Below are positions 26,149 to 35,719 of a stretch of DNA of 64,000 nucleotides, in pieces (position 1 is the stretch's first letter; every line of letters starts with the position of its first letter). Source of the stretch: Patescibacteria group bacterium (lineage in GTDB: Bacteria; Patescibacteriota; Minisyncoccia; JACQLN01). The stretch is from the NCBI GenBank assembly GCA_038065095.1, contig JBBTRR010000001.1, positions 113,546 to 177,545 on the forward strand, in the 5' to 3' direction. The notes under the pieces were generated by a model that did not search any database, was not told the DNA's origin, and saw only the letters and a program-made list of their open reading frames with translations. A program made the position numbers and the translations under genes.

Positions 26149-28545
26149 ATGAAAAAACCACGGGTTTTAATTTTTTCTTTGGCTTATTTCCCCTTAGTGG
26201 GAGGAGCCGAAATAGCCGTCAAAGAGATTACAGATCGCTTAGCTTCTCCGACGTCTGTCAGCCCCGACGTTACATCGGGGGAGCTCGGAGCCCCGACCCA
26301 TTCTGGCGTCGGGGTTGATTTTGATTTAGTAACTTTACGGTTTAATAAAAAACATTTACCAAAAGAAAAAATAGGTAATATAAATGTTTTTAGAGTTAAA
26401 GGAAGTAAATTATTTTTTCCTCTAAAATCATTATTTTTAGCTAGGAAATTACATAAACAAAATAATTATAAAGTAGTTTGGTCTATTATGACGGCTTACG
26501 CTGGTTTTGGTGTCTTATTTTTTAAGATATTAAATCCAAAAGTTAAGTTTTTATTGACACTTCAAGAAGGTGATTCAGAAAAACATATATTAAAACGTGT
26601 CGGAATATTTTATCCATTATGGAAGTATATATTTAAAAAAGCTGATTACATTCAAGTTATAAGTAATTATTTAGCCGATTTCGCCAAAAAATACGGAGCA
26701 AAATGCCCTATAGAAGTTGTGCCAAACGGGGTCAACTTAGACAAATTTAAAACCCCCTACTTCGCTAAAGCTACGCAGGGCAAGCAAAATTCAAATACCA
26801 AAACTATCATTACTACGTCTAGGTTGGTTTATAAGAATGGGGTGGATATTCTTATCAGATCAATGGCCATGCTAAAAGCTAAAAGTCCCGATAGCAAAGC
26901 TATCGAGGATCCTCGACAAGGTCGGGACTATAAACTAATTATTGTTGGTGATGGTCCAGATAGATCAAAATTAGAACAATTAACTAAGGATTTATCAGTT
27001 GATGATATAGTGCAATTTGTCGGACATGTTGATCCCAATGAAATTCCAAATTATTTATATAAAGCCGATGTTTTTGTACGGGCTTCTCGTTCAGAAGGTT
27101 TAGGTAATTCTTTTTTAGAAGCTATGGCGGCGGGTTTGCCGGTTATAGGAACTTCAGTAGGTGGAATAGTTGATTTTTTAAAAGACGGGGAAACAGGTTT
27201 TTTGGTTGAACCAGAAAATATAGAAAGTTTAACTAATAAAATAGATTGGGTTTTAAGTAATCAAGATATTTCAAAAGAAGTTGCTTTAAATGGTAAAAAT
27301 CTAATTTTTAAAAATTATTCTTGGGATGGTATATCCGAAAAAATTGGAAAAATTTTTAAAAAAAATATTGTAAATATAAGATTACTTTTAGCTACAGGTA
27401 TATATCCTCCAGATATTGGCGGGCCAGCAACATATGCCAAACTGTTAGTAGATGAATTACCTAAGAGGGGAGTTTCTATTGATGTTGTTTTTTACGGTGA
27501 TAAAGGTGTTTCAAGATCAATTCCAAAAGGAATTAGGCACATAGTTTTCTTTTTTAAATGCTTTTTTAAAGCAATTAAAAGTGATGTTGTTTTGGTTCAG
27601 GATACTATAAGCGCTGGTTTGCCGGCACTACTAGCCTCTAGATTGGCTCGTAGGAGGTTTTTAATACGCGTACCAGGGGATTACGTTTGGGAACAGTCCG
27701 TTCAACGTTTTGGGGTTAAGGACTCAATAGATGATTTTCAAAATAAAAAATATGGTTTTAAGGTGGAGTTCTTAAGAAGTATCCAAAAGTTTGTAGTTAG
27801 TAATGCTGATGTTGTTATAACACCAAGTAATTATTTTAAAGATCTAGTCAAAACTTGGGTCAAAGATAAGAATAAAGTTATTACTATATATAATGGAATA
27901 GATATAGCGACAAGCGACAAGCGACAAGCGACAAGAAATTCTAAAACAATTGTCTCGGTTGGTAGGCTAGTACCGTGGAAAGGTTTTGATATGGTTATAG
28001 AAATGATGATAGATTTACCCGATTGGAAACTTGTTATAATTGGAGATGGGCCAGAGTATAATAATCTCAAATCTCAAATTTCCCTACTTCGCCCACCCTC
28101 CGCTCAAGGCTACGACGTGGCACAGCAAGGCTCCGAAGGGCAAGCAAATTACCCCTCAATAAAACTCGGGGCAGGCAAATTACAAGATCGAGTTATACTC
28201 ACAGGTGCAATTTTGAGAGAAAAAGTTTTGGAATATCTGGCTAATTCAGAAGTATTTGTTTTAAATACTTCGTTTGAAAGTTTTTCATACCAAATAGTTG
28301 AGGCTATGGCTATGGGTATTCCCGTGGTTACTACAAACATAGGTAATATTTCGGAGATAGTTAGAGATGGAATTGATGGAGTTTTGGTTGAGCCTAACGA
28401 TAAAGATGGCTATATAAATGTTATTAAAAAAATTAATAATAATTTTGAGTTTAGAAATAGTTTAATAAAAAGTGCTATAGAAAGATCTAAGGATTTTTCT
28501 ATAGAAAGAACTTTAAATAGCTTAGTATTAGTTTTAAAAAGATGA
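26149..28545 (+). CDS. Tandem-fused double GT4 glycosyltransferase (two GT-B/GT4 modules in one ~800-aa chain)
   Basis: Module 1: VGRLVYKNGVD...IIVGDGPDRSKLEQL...EGLGNSFLEAMAAGLPVIGT. Module 2: VGRLVPWKGFD...VIIGDGPEYNNLKSQI...ESFSYQIVEAMAMGIPVVTT. It contains two GC-rich in-frame insertions and heptamer repeats at 27906 and 28064. Confidence 0.8.
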   Translation: MKKPRVLIFSLAYFPLVGGAEIAVKEITDRLASPTSVSPDVTSGELGAPTHSGVGVDFDLVTLRFNKKHLPKEKIGNINVFRVKGSKLFFPLKSLFLARKLHKQNNYKVVWSIMTAYAGFGVLFFKILNPKVKFLLTLQEGDSEKHILKRVGIFYPLWKYIFKKADYIQVISNYLADFAKKYGAKCPIEVVPNGVNLDKFKTPYFAKATQGKQNSNTKTIITTSRLVYKNGVDILIRSMAMLKAKSPDSKAIEDPRQGRDYKLIIVGDGPDRSKLEQLTKDLSVDDIVQFVGHVDPNEIPNYLYKADVFVRASRSEGLGNSFLEAMAAGLPVIGTSVGGIVDFLKDGETGFLVEPENIESLTNKIDWVLSNQDISKEVALNGKNLIFKNYSWDGISEKIGKIFKKNIVNIRLLLATGIYPPDIGGPATYAKLLVDELPKRGVSIDVVFYGDKGVSRSIPKGIRHIVFFFKCFFKAIKSDVVLVQDTISAGLPALLASRLARRRFLIRVPGDYVWEQSVQRFGVKDSIDDFQNKKYGFKVEFLRSIQKFVVSNADVVITPSNYFKDLVKTWVKDKNKVITIYNGIDIATSDKRQATRNSKTIVSVGRLVPWKGFDMVIEMMIDLPDWKLVIIGDGPEYNNLKSQISLLRPPSAQGYDVAQQGSEGQANYPSIKLGAGKLQDRVILTGAILREKVLEYLANSEVFVLNTSFESFSYQIVEAMAMGIPVVTTNIGNISEIVRDGIDGVLVEPNDKDGYINVIKKINNNFEFRNSLIKSAIERSKDFSIERTLNSLVLVLKR

Positions 28546-29183
28546 ATTTACAAGTAAAAAAAGAACATTATTTTAGGAAAAAATATAATAGTTTAAATAG
28601 GTTTATTTCTTATTTTTATCAAATAGATTTGGTTACTAGCTTGACTGCGTCCCAAGAATCAAAGATTTTAGAAGTTGGTATTGGCAATGCTTTTGTTTCC
28701 GACTATTTAAAAAAGATTGGCTACCACGTTACAACTTGTGATTTTGATGAAAGATTAAAACCAGACATTGTGGCAGATATTAGAGAGCTAGCCATAATGG
28801 ATAGGGATTTTGATATAGTTACTGCGTTTGAGGTTTTAGAGCATATTCCTTTTGAGGACTTTGATAAAACACTTAAAAAACTAAAAGAGGTTAGCTCTAA
28901 GTTTGTGGTTATTTCTTTGCCGTATCGATCAACTTCTATAGAATTTATATTAAAAATACCCTTTGGCCGCACTTTTTTTAATAGGGATTTTTTGGTGTTT
29001 TTCCTAAGATTTCCTTGGTTTTTTAAGGGTTTTTCAAGTTCGGGTCAACATTATTGGGAGATAGATGGTTATAAATATAGGTTGGGTAAGGTATTAAAAA
29101 TTTTAAAAAATAATTTTAAATCCGTTAAAAAAATCCGCCCAGTTTTGGATAGTTATCAGCTATTTTTTATTCTAGAAAGATGA
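28542..29183 (+). CDS. Class I SAM-dependent methyltransferase
   Basis: ILEVGIGNAFVSDYL (motif I) and DIVTAFEVLEHIPFEDF (motif II/post-II). Confidence 0.65.
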   Translation: MNLQVKKEHYFRKKYNSLNRFISYFYQIDLVTSLTASQESKILEVGIGNAFVSDYLKKIGYHVTTCDFDERLKPDIVADIRELAIMDRDFDIVTAFEVLEHIPFEDFDKTLKKLKEVSSKFVVISLPYRSTSIEFILKIPFGRTFFNRDFLVFFLRFPWFFKGFSSSGQHYWEIDGYKYRLGKVLKILKNNFKSVKKIRPVLDSYQLFFILER

Positions 29184-29332
29184 CCCCAGCCCAAAAATCC
29201 GTTCGAGTTATTACTATTAAATCGTATCACAGCGAGACGCCTACGGCTTTCTGTTTGTATCCAGAAATGCTTATTGCTAAATTTTATGCGGGGTCTATAT
29301 TTTTAGTCGCTCGCTAATGCTCACGAAAAAAT

Positions 29333-30427
29333 ATGAAAGTTTTAATGTTATCTACGGATGAGAATATTTTTAAAGAGGGTTCAGAAGTTTCCTCTCGGAT
29401 ATTAGACTACGGTAAGTTAGTAGAAGAATTACATGTAGTTGTAAAAAGTTCTCAAAAAATTAGCAAAATTGTGGGGAATGTTTTTTTATACTCCACGAAT
29501 AGTTTTGGTTTGTTTTATTTTAAAAAAGCTATAAATATTTCTAAAAAGATAGTAAGCCAAAGTGGTCGTTGGCTGATAACAGCTCAAGATCCTTTCGAAA
29601 CAGGTTTGGTTGGTTATTTAGTTAAAAGGAAATTTAATTTAACACTACAAATTCAAATTCATACAGATTTTTTAAGTTCATATTTTAAAAAAGAGTCTAT
29701 TAAAAATAAAATTAGAGTTTTTATCGCGAAAAAAATAATAAAAAAAGCTGATGGCATCAGGGTTGTTTCCGAACGAATAAAAATTTCCATAATTGTAAAT
29801 TGTAAATTAAAAATTGAAAATTCTGCGATAGCAGTGTTACCTATTTTTATAGATACCCAAAAAATAAAGAACAGTCCTATTAGTACGGATTTACACAAAA
29901 AATATCCAAATAAATTTATTATTCTTATGGCTTCTAGGCTAACCAAAGAAAAAAATATTGGGTTAGCAATAAAAGCTATGTTTGAAGTAGTCAAAACAAA
30001 TAGTCGGGCACTTCTTTTAATAGTTGGTCATGGTCCAGAATTCAATAATCTTAAGTTACAAGTTACAAGTTACAAGTTACAAGATTTTGTTGTTTTTGAA
30101 GATTGGTCTAATGATCTATCTTCATACTACAAAACTGCTGATTTATTTTTATTAACGTCCAATTATGAAGGTTATGGTATGACAATTATAGAGGCGTCTG
30201 CTGCTGGTCTGCCAGTTGTAATGACTGATGTTGGGGTTTCGGCTGGTATGGTGTCGGCTGTTGGTGATTATAAAGAAATTTCACGTAACATAGTTAATCT
30301 AATTGAAAATCCGAAAAATAAGGAGAGTGTATTAAAAAACCAAGAAAGTTTGCTTAATACATATAAAACGAAAGAAGATTACTTAGATCAATTAAAAGCT
30401 TTGTGGTCTTCTTGTTTATTTTCATAA
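29333..30427 (+). CDS. GT4 family glycosyltransferase
   Basis: SRLTKEKNIGLAI...LLIVGHGPEFNNLK...NYEGYGMTIIEASAAGLPVVMTDVG. Contains (GTTACAA)x4 at 30055-30082. Confidence 0.8.
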   Translation: MKVLMLSTDENIFKEGSEVSSRILDYGKLVEELHVVVKSSQKISKIVGNVFLYSTNSFGLFYFKKAINISKKIVSQSGRWLITAQDPFETGLVGYLVKRKFNLTLQIQIHTDFLSSYFKKESIKNKIRVFIAKKIIKKADGIRVVSERIKISIIVNCKLKIENSAIAVLPIFIDTQKIKNSPISTDLHKKYPNKFIILMASRLTKEKNIGLAIKAMFEVVKTNSRALLLIVGHGPEFNNLKLQVTSYKLQDFVVFEDWSNDLSSYYKTADLFLLTSNYEGYGMTIIEASAAGLPVVMTDVGVSAGMVSAVGDYKEISRNIVNLIENPKNKESVLKNQESLLNTYKTKEDYLDQLKALWSSCLFS

Positions 30428-30433
30428 AACTAA

Positions 30434-31483
30434 ATGAAAAATCTTTTATTCATAACTCAAAAAGTAGATAAAAATGATGATGTTTTAGGAGTGTATCATC
30501 GTTGGGCAGAAGAATTAGGAAAAAAGACAGATAAGCTCAATGTTATTTGTTTGTATAAAGGGCTGTGTGATTTAGATAAAAATATAGGCGTTTTTTCTTT
30601 GGGTAAAGAAGGTGGAATTAGCCGTATAAAATATATTTACAGATTTTATAAATATATTTTTTCAATAAGGAAAGAATATGATTCAGTTCTTGTCCATATG
30701 AATCCAGTATATATAATTCTAGGTGGAGTTTTTTGGAAAATTATGGGGAAGAAAATATTTTTATGGTACAACCATCCAATGGGTAATATGATGGCTAAAG
30801 TTGCAATATTATTTTCTAATAAGGTTTTTTGCACTTCGCCATACTCTTTTTCTGCAAAGTATAAAAAAACAGAACTTATGCCGGTGGGCATTGATACTTT
30901 TTTATTTAGATTTGACCCAAGTGTAGTTAAAAAAAACAACAGGATTTTATGTTTGGGGCGAATATCGCCCATAAAAAAAATAGAGGTTTTAATAGAGGCT
31001 GTTAAAATTTTAGATAATAAGAATATCGATTTTGAACTTTTAATTGTTGGTTCGCCAAGTTCAGATTTGGACAAGGCATATCTAGTTAGTTTAAAGGAAA
31101 TTTCTTCGGAACTGGTTTTAAAGAATAAAATAATTTTTAAACCATCAGTTCCAAATTATAAAGCTTTCGAAATATATAATTCAACTCGTATTTTTATTAA
31201 CCTAACTCCTACTGGCAGTTTTGATAAGGCCATTTTAGAAGCCATGGCTTGTGAAATTCCTGTACTTGTTTCAAATAAAACATTGCTATCTATTTTTCCT
31301 GAATCAATCAGAAATTTTTGTATTTTTAAAGAAAATGATTCACAAGAATTATCTAGAAAAATATTGGCTCTATTTTTATTAGATAACACAGGTGTTAGAG
31401 ATATTGGAAAGAAAAGTCGCGAGCTGGTTGTAGCAAATCACAGCCTAGATAGTTTAATGCAGAGTTTAATTAAGATTGTTTAA
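30434..31483 (+). CDS. GT4-like glycosyltransferase
   Basis: CLGRISPIKKIEVLIEAVK...LLIVGSPSS...GSFDKAILEAMACEIPVLVSN. Confidence 0.7.
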   Translation: MKNLLFITQKVDKNDDVLGVYHRWAEELGKKTDKLNVICLYKGLCDLDKNIGVFSLGKEGGISRIKYIYRFYKYIFSIRKEYDSVLVHMNPVYIILGGVFWKIMGKKIFLWYNHPMGNMMAKVAILFSNKVFCTSPYSFSAKYKKTELMPVGIDTFLFRFDPSVVKKNNRILCLGRISPIKKIEVLIEAVKILDNKNIDFELLIVGSPSSDLDKAYLVSLKEISSELVLKNKIIFKPSVPNYKAFEIYNSTRIFINLTPTGSFDKAILEAMACEIPVLVSNKTLLSIFPESIRNFCIFKENDSQELSRKILALFLLDNTGVRDIGKKSRELVVANHSLDSLMQSLIKIV

Positions 31484-31486
31484 AAA

Positions 31487-32887
31487 ATGCGCAATAAAAG
31501 TTTTGTAGGAAAACATGGCTCTTTGGGAGAGTTTCTTATAAAAGGTGAATCAGTTACACGTATGTGGGATTTAGTTGGTAGCGCTTTTAGTTTGATAAAC
31601 TCGTTTTTTATAATACAGGCTTTAAGCCTTTATCAATTCGGACTCTATCAGCTTGTTTTAGCTTTTATTGGACTCGTTAATAGTTTTAACCTTGATCTTT
31701 TTGATACGGTCGTTAATGTGGAAATACGCCGTTATTTTAATAGTGGAAAAATAGCTGTAGCTAAAAGAATTTTAAAAGAATATGCGGTTGTAAAAATCGT
31801 TGTAGCTATTCTTATGACCATTGGTGTTTTTTTGGGTGCAAATTTAGTTGCGCATTATTATGGATCAGATGTGGCTCAATTTATAAGAATTGCTAGTTTT
31901 ATTTTTTTAATTACTACTTTTCAGAATATAGAAATGATTGTTTTAAAAAATTCTTTTTCTATGATTTATTATAGTGCCGGAGGCATAAGGGAGGTGTTTA
32001 AGTTTTTTCTTTTATTTGGAGTTGTTTTTTATAGCTATCTAGATATATCTAAAATTTTAGTTATTCATATACTAGGTTTGCTTGGTTCTCTTGTTTTTAC
32101 CAGTTTTTTCTTTTGGCGTATTTATAGCAATCTTTGGTTAAAAGTTATTTCGGCTAAAGGTTTTTTCCTTAATGGTTTGGCTAAGGCCCATGGGAAATGG
32201 GTTTCGTTACGTTTCCTACTGGCTAAATTTTCTTCTGGCAACATAAATCCTTGGCTTATTAAATTTTTTATTAACACGGAAGCTGTAGCTATTTATTTTT
32301 TAGCCTATAACTTAGTAGCCTTTATTCAGGAATTTTTTCCAGTTAATGCTCTTTCATGGATATTTTTAATGAAGATAGATGATAAAAATGAGATGGGGTA
32401 TATTTTTAAACGCTCGGCTAAATATTTGTTTTGGTTTGGTGTTTTGGCAGGGTTATTTTCTTTAGCGGCTGTGCCATGGATTGTTAATATAATTTTCCCT
32501 AAATTCCATGACGCTTGGCCGATTTTTAAAGTTATGTTGGTGGTGTTTCCGATTTTTGGGGTCTACAAAATAATTAAAGAGGTTTTGAGTACTTTAAGAG
32601 AATATAAAACCCTGACATTGAGAATGCCAATAGAATCATTGGTAAACTTAATTTTCTTAGCGGTACTTTTGCCTTTATTTGGGCTTATGGGAGCGGCTAT
32701 AGCATATGTTGCCGTGTATGTAGCTAGAATTTTATTTTTTTATCCTGCCCTGATTCGTCTGCATCCAAATTTTAAAATAAAAACGAAAGATATTTTTAGT
32801 TTTAATGATGATGATATAATTTTTATCAAAAAAATATATCAAAAGTTTCTATCTACATTTCGCTCTTTTTTCTTAAGATATAGATAG
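31487..32887 (+). CDS. Polytopic membrane protein, polysaccharide-biosynthesis/flippase (Wzx/MOP-like) candidate
   Basis: 466 aa with about 12 hydrophobic helices. No catalytic motifs seen. The context is GT genes. Confidence 0.5.
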   Translation: MRNKSFVGKHGSLGEFLIKGESVTRMWDLVGSAFSLINSFFIIQALSLYQFGLYQLVLAFIGLVNSFNLDLFDTVVNVEIRRYFNSGKIAVAKRILKEYAVVKIVVAILMTIGVFLGANLVAHYYGSDVAQFIRIASFIFLITTFQNIEMIVLKNSFSMIYYSAGGIREVFKFFLLFGVVFYSYLDISKILVIHILGLLGSLVFTSFFFWRIYSNLWLKVISAKGFFLNGLAKAHGKWVSLRFLLAKFSSGNINPWLIKFFINTEAVAIYFLAYNLVAFIQEFFPVNALSWIFLMKIDDKNEMGYIFKRSAKYLFWFGVLAGLFSLAAVPWIVNIIFPKFHDAWPIFKVMLVVFPIFGVYKIIKEVLSTLREYKTLTLRMPIESLVNLIFLAVLLPLFGLMGAAIAYVAVYVARILFFYPALIRLHPNFKIKTKDIFSFNDDDIIFIKKIYQKFLSTFRSFFLRYR

Positions 32888-33608
32888 CATTGTAAGCCCA
32901 TCTTTTTTCTAGTTCTTTTTTTATTTTTATAGAAATTTTACCAGCAATGTCATATATTAATTTTCTTAGTTTGCCTTTTAAGTTATTACTAAAAACTTTA
33001 TCTCTGATATGATATTCTATGGCTATTACTTCAAAATATTTCAAAATAGCTTTTTTAATAATATTTTGAGTGAATATTACTAAATGGTTATTTGATTCTT
33101 TATAACTTCCAAAATCTCTCATATTAGTAAAATAGCTAATACTAGCCTTTGAAAGTATATTAGGAACAGAGAATATAAATAATCCATTTGGTTCCAATAC
33201 TCGATGTGTTTCTCGAACACAATGAAAGGGATTCTCTAAGTGAGGTAAAACACACCAAGCTGTTACCACTTTAAAAGAGTTATCTGGCCAAGGGGTTTTA
33301 TCAAAGCTTAAATCAGCGGTTTTAAATTCTTTTAAAAGAGGTTTGTTTTGAAGGGAAAGATAGTTATCTATATCAATACCGTAAACATTTTTATAGCCCT
33401 TTTTGTTGAGTTGTTGAGCAAAGTTGCCACTGGCTGGCCCAATATCGAGTATGTTACAATTTTTGTCCCAATTTGATTGTAATATATGGTTAGAGGTTAA
33501 GTTTAAAGCAAAGAAGTTGCGAAGATTTTTACCTATGTGATTCTGTAATTGTTTCTTTATTTCTTCTTTATTTTCAATTTTTATTTCGTGTGGATTAAAG
33601 TATTGCAT
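32853..33608 (-). CDS. Class I SAM-dependent methyltransferase; paralog of 34960-35718
   Basis: ILDIGPASGNFAQQL, DLSFDKTPWPDNSFKVVTAWCVLPHLENPFHCVRETHRVLEPNGLFIF. About 70% identical over the core to the downstream plus-strand copy. Confidence 0.7.
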   Translation of the reverse strand: MQYFNPHEIKIENKEEIKKQLQNHIGKNLRNFFALNLTSNHILQSNWDKNCNILDIGPASGNFAQQLNKKGYKNVYGIDIDNYLSLQNKPLLKEFKTADLSFDKTPWPDNSFKVVTAWCVLPHLENPFHCVRETHRVLEPNGLFIFSVPNILSKASISYFTNMRDFGSYKESNNHLVIFTQNIIKKAILKYFEVIAIEYHIRDKVFSNNLKGKLRKLIYDIAGKISIKIKKELEKRWAYNAIYILRKKSEM

Positions 33609-33634
33609 AAAATGTATTAATAATTGTTTTTGAT

Positions 33635-34987
33635 ATGACTATATTTATTTCTTGTTTTTTTAATTTAGTTGCGAGAAATGTTTTACATACAAAGTTTTTT
33701 GAATATTTAAAAAAAACGAAGGGTTACAGGATTATTTTACTTGTGCCTAAAATTAATGCTGATGCTTTTAAAAAAGAATTTTCTAATACTAACATAATTA
33801 TAGAATCAGTTCATTTTTTGCCTATGTCTAAAATTAATTTGTTATTTCACTGGTTGTCCTGGAACCTGCTCAATACTAAAAGTAAAAAAATTCATAAAAT
33901 AGTCCAGTTTGGAAAAGATTCTAATAGGCTTATGTATATGTTTACATCCTTTTTGGGTTGGTTGGGGGGATACAAAATAATCAGAAAAATCTTTAGAAAG
34001 CTAGATTATTGGTTGGTGCCCAGGGGTATGTTTGACTACTTATTTAACAAATATAAACCCGATATGGTTTTGGCCACAGATATACAGGATTTAAGGGTTC
34101 AAGAGCTATGTGATACATCGTTGGTCAGAGAGGCTAAAAGAAGGGGTATCTACAGTATGGGTATGGGTAGGTCTTGGGATAGTATGACCACCAAAGGCCT
34201 GTTAAGAACATTGCCAACTAAACTGGTTGTGCAGAGTGTTTCTATTAAGGATCAGGCTGTAAGGTATCACAGCGTTGACTCTGAACAGATTGTTGTAACT
34301 GGTACTTTGCATTACGATAAATATGTTTTAGATGAACGCACGTCTAGAGAAACTTTTTTTAGAGAACTAGGTTTTGACCCATCTAAAAAACTAATTCTTC
34401 TTACCATCCCTAGTGATATTTGGACAGGCAACGCTTCTCTTAGCCATTATTTGCTTAATATATTTTCTCAATTGAACGATCAAATAATTGTTCGTTTTCC
34501 ATTATTTGGTAAAGTTGATATTGGAGATTTTAAACCAGCTCAAACGATGGTTTTTGATAATCCATATAATTCTGATCGTTTGGAAGAATCTCGTTTAAGT
34601 ATAAGCGACGATGATCATTTGGCCGACTTAATATATCATAGTGATGTTGTTGTGACTGGCCCGTCGAGTATAATATTAGATGCGTCAATTTTTAATAAGC
34701 CGATAGTTTTGATAGGTTTTGATGGTGAAGAAGCTAGGCCATATGGGCAGAGTATGGCCAGATATTATGATTATGAACATCAACAATTAGCTATTTTATC
34801 GGGTGGAATGAAAGTAGCTAAAGATAGAGATCAATTAATAAATCTAGTTTTAGAATACCTAGCAAATCCAGATTTAGATAATAAAGGTCGTCGGCAAGTA
34901 GCAGAAAATATTTGTTTCAAACTAGATGGCCAATCGGGTTTGCGATTGGCTCAATTAATATGGAATACCTTAACCCCGAAGAAATAA
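33635..34987 (+). CDS. GT-B-fold transferase, paralog family member 1 of 4 (TagB/TagF-like CDP-polyol phosphotransferase motif resemblance)
   Basis: SWDSMTTKG mid-motif. C-terminal VVVTGPSSIILDASIFNKPIVLIGFDG resembles the TagF DYSSVxFDFxxLxKPxIFF pattern. VRFPLFG resembles the HP motif. Confidence 0.55.
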   Translation: MTIFISCFFNLVARNVLHTKFFEYLKKTKGYRIILLVPKINADAFKKEFSNTNIIIESVHFLPMSKINLLFHWLSWNLLNTKSKKIHKIVQFGKDSNRLMYMFTSFLGWLGGYKIIRKIFRKLDYWLVPRGMFDYLFNKYKPDMVLATDIQDLRVQELCDTSLVREAKRRGIYSMGMGRSWDSMTTKGLLRTLPTKLVVQSVSIKDQAVRYHSVDSEQIVVTGTLHYDKYVLDERTSRETFFRELGFDPSKKLILLTIPSDIWTGNASLSHYLLNIFSQLNDQIIVRFPLFGKVDIGDFKPAQTMVFDNPYNSDRLEESRLSISDDDHLADLIYHSDVVVTGPSSIILDASIFNKPIVLIGFDGEEARPYGQSMARYYDYEHQQLAILSGGMKVAKDRDQLINLVLEYLANPDLDNKGRRQVAENICFKLDGQSGLRLAQLIWNTLTPKK

Positions 34988-35718
34988 TAACCTCTAGAAA
35001 AAACATAAAAGAAAAACTAAGTAAATTTGTTGGTCCGACGATAAGACACAAATCTGGTATTAAGTTTTTTTCTAAATATGCAGATATTTTTTTAGTTCAG
35101 TACAATCATTTAAAAGAAGATATTAAGGTTCTTGATTGTGGAGTTGCTGGTGGAGGTTTCGCAAAAGATCTTTATGAGGCCGGCTATAAAAACATCTACG
35201 GTGTTGATATTGATGACTATTTATCTCCAGACAATAGACCTCTTATTAAAGAATTTAAAACTGCCGATTTAAGTTTCGATAAGATTCCTTGGCCAGATAG
35301 TTATTTTAAGGTTGTTACAGCTTGGTGTGTTTTACCGCATTTGGAGAATCCACATAACTTTATTAGAGAAACTTACAGAGTTCTTGAGCCGGGTGGTTTA
35401 TATATAATTTCTTTAGTCAATATAATTTCTTGGCCCAATAGAAAATATTTTATGATTCATAAAGAATTTCCTTCTTATCACGCTAGTAATAATCATATTA
35501 CACTTTTTACTCCGGCAATTTTTAAAAAGACCATTTTAAAATATTTTGATTTAGTAGGTACAGAGTATTTTATAACTCCAAGAATTTTTTATGGATTTAA
35601 AGGTAATATCAGAAAATATGTACTAAATTTTTTGTATTTTTTAAATAATTCACTCGGAGAATTACTATATGCACGTTGGGGCGCTAAGATAGTTTATATT
35701 TTAAAAAAGAAGAACTAG
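34960..35718 (+). CDS. Class I SAM-dependent methyltransferase; paralog of 32853-33608
   Basis: VLDCGVAGGGFAKDL, DLSFDKIPWPDSYFKVVTAWCVLPHLENPHNFIRETYRVLEPGGLYII. Start set at MEYLNPEE by alignment with the paralog's MQYFNPHE. Confidence 0.7.
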   Translation: MEYLNPEEIITSRKNIKEKLSKFVGPTIRHKSGIKFFSKYADIFLVQYNHLKEDIKVLDCGVAGGGFAKDLYEAGYKNIYGVDIDDYLSPDNRPLIKEFKTADLSFDKIPWPDSYFKVVTAWCVLPHLENPHNFIRETYRVLEPGGLYIISLVNIISWPNRKYFMIHKEFPSYHASNNHITLFTPAIFKKTILKYFDLVGTEYFITPRIFYGFKGNIRKYVLNFLYFLNNSLGELLYARWGAKIVYILKKKN

Positions 35719-35719
35719 C

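Noticed and set aside
30055-30082. CRISPR array
   Set aside because: The only tandem repeats are 7-nt microsatellites without spacers, located inside coding sequence. No repeat-spacer architecture or cas genes occur anywhere in the window.
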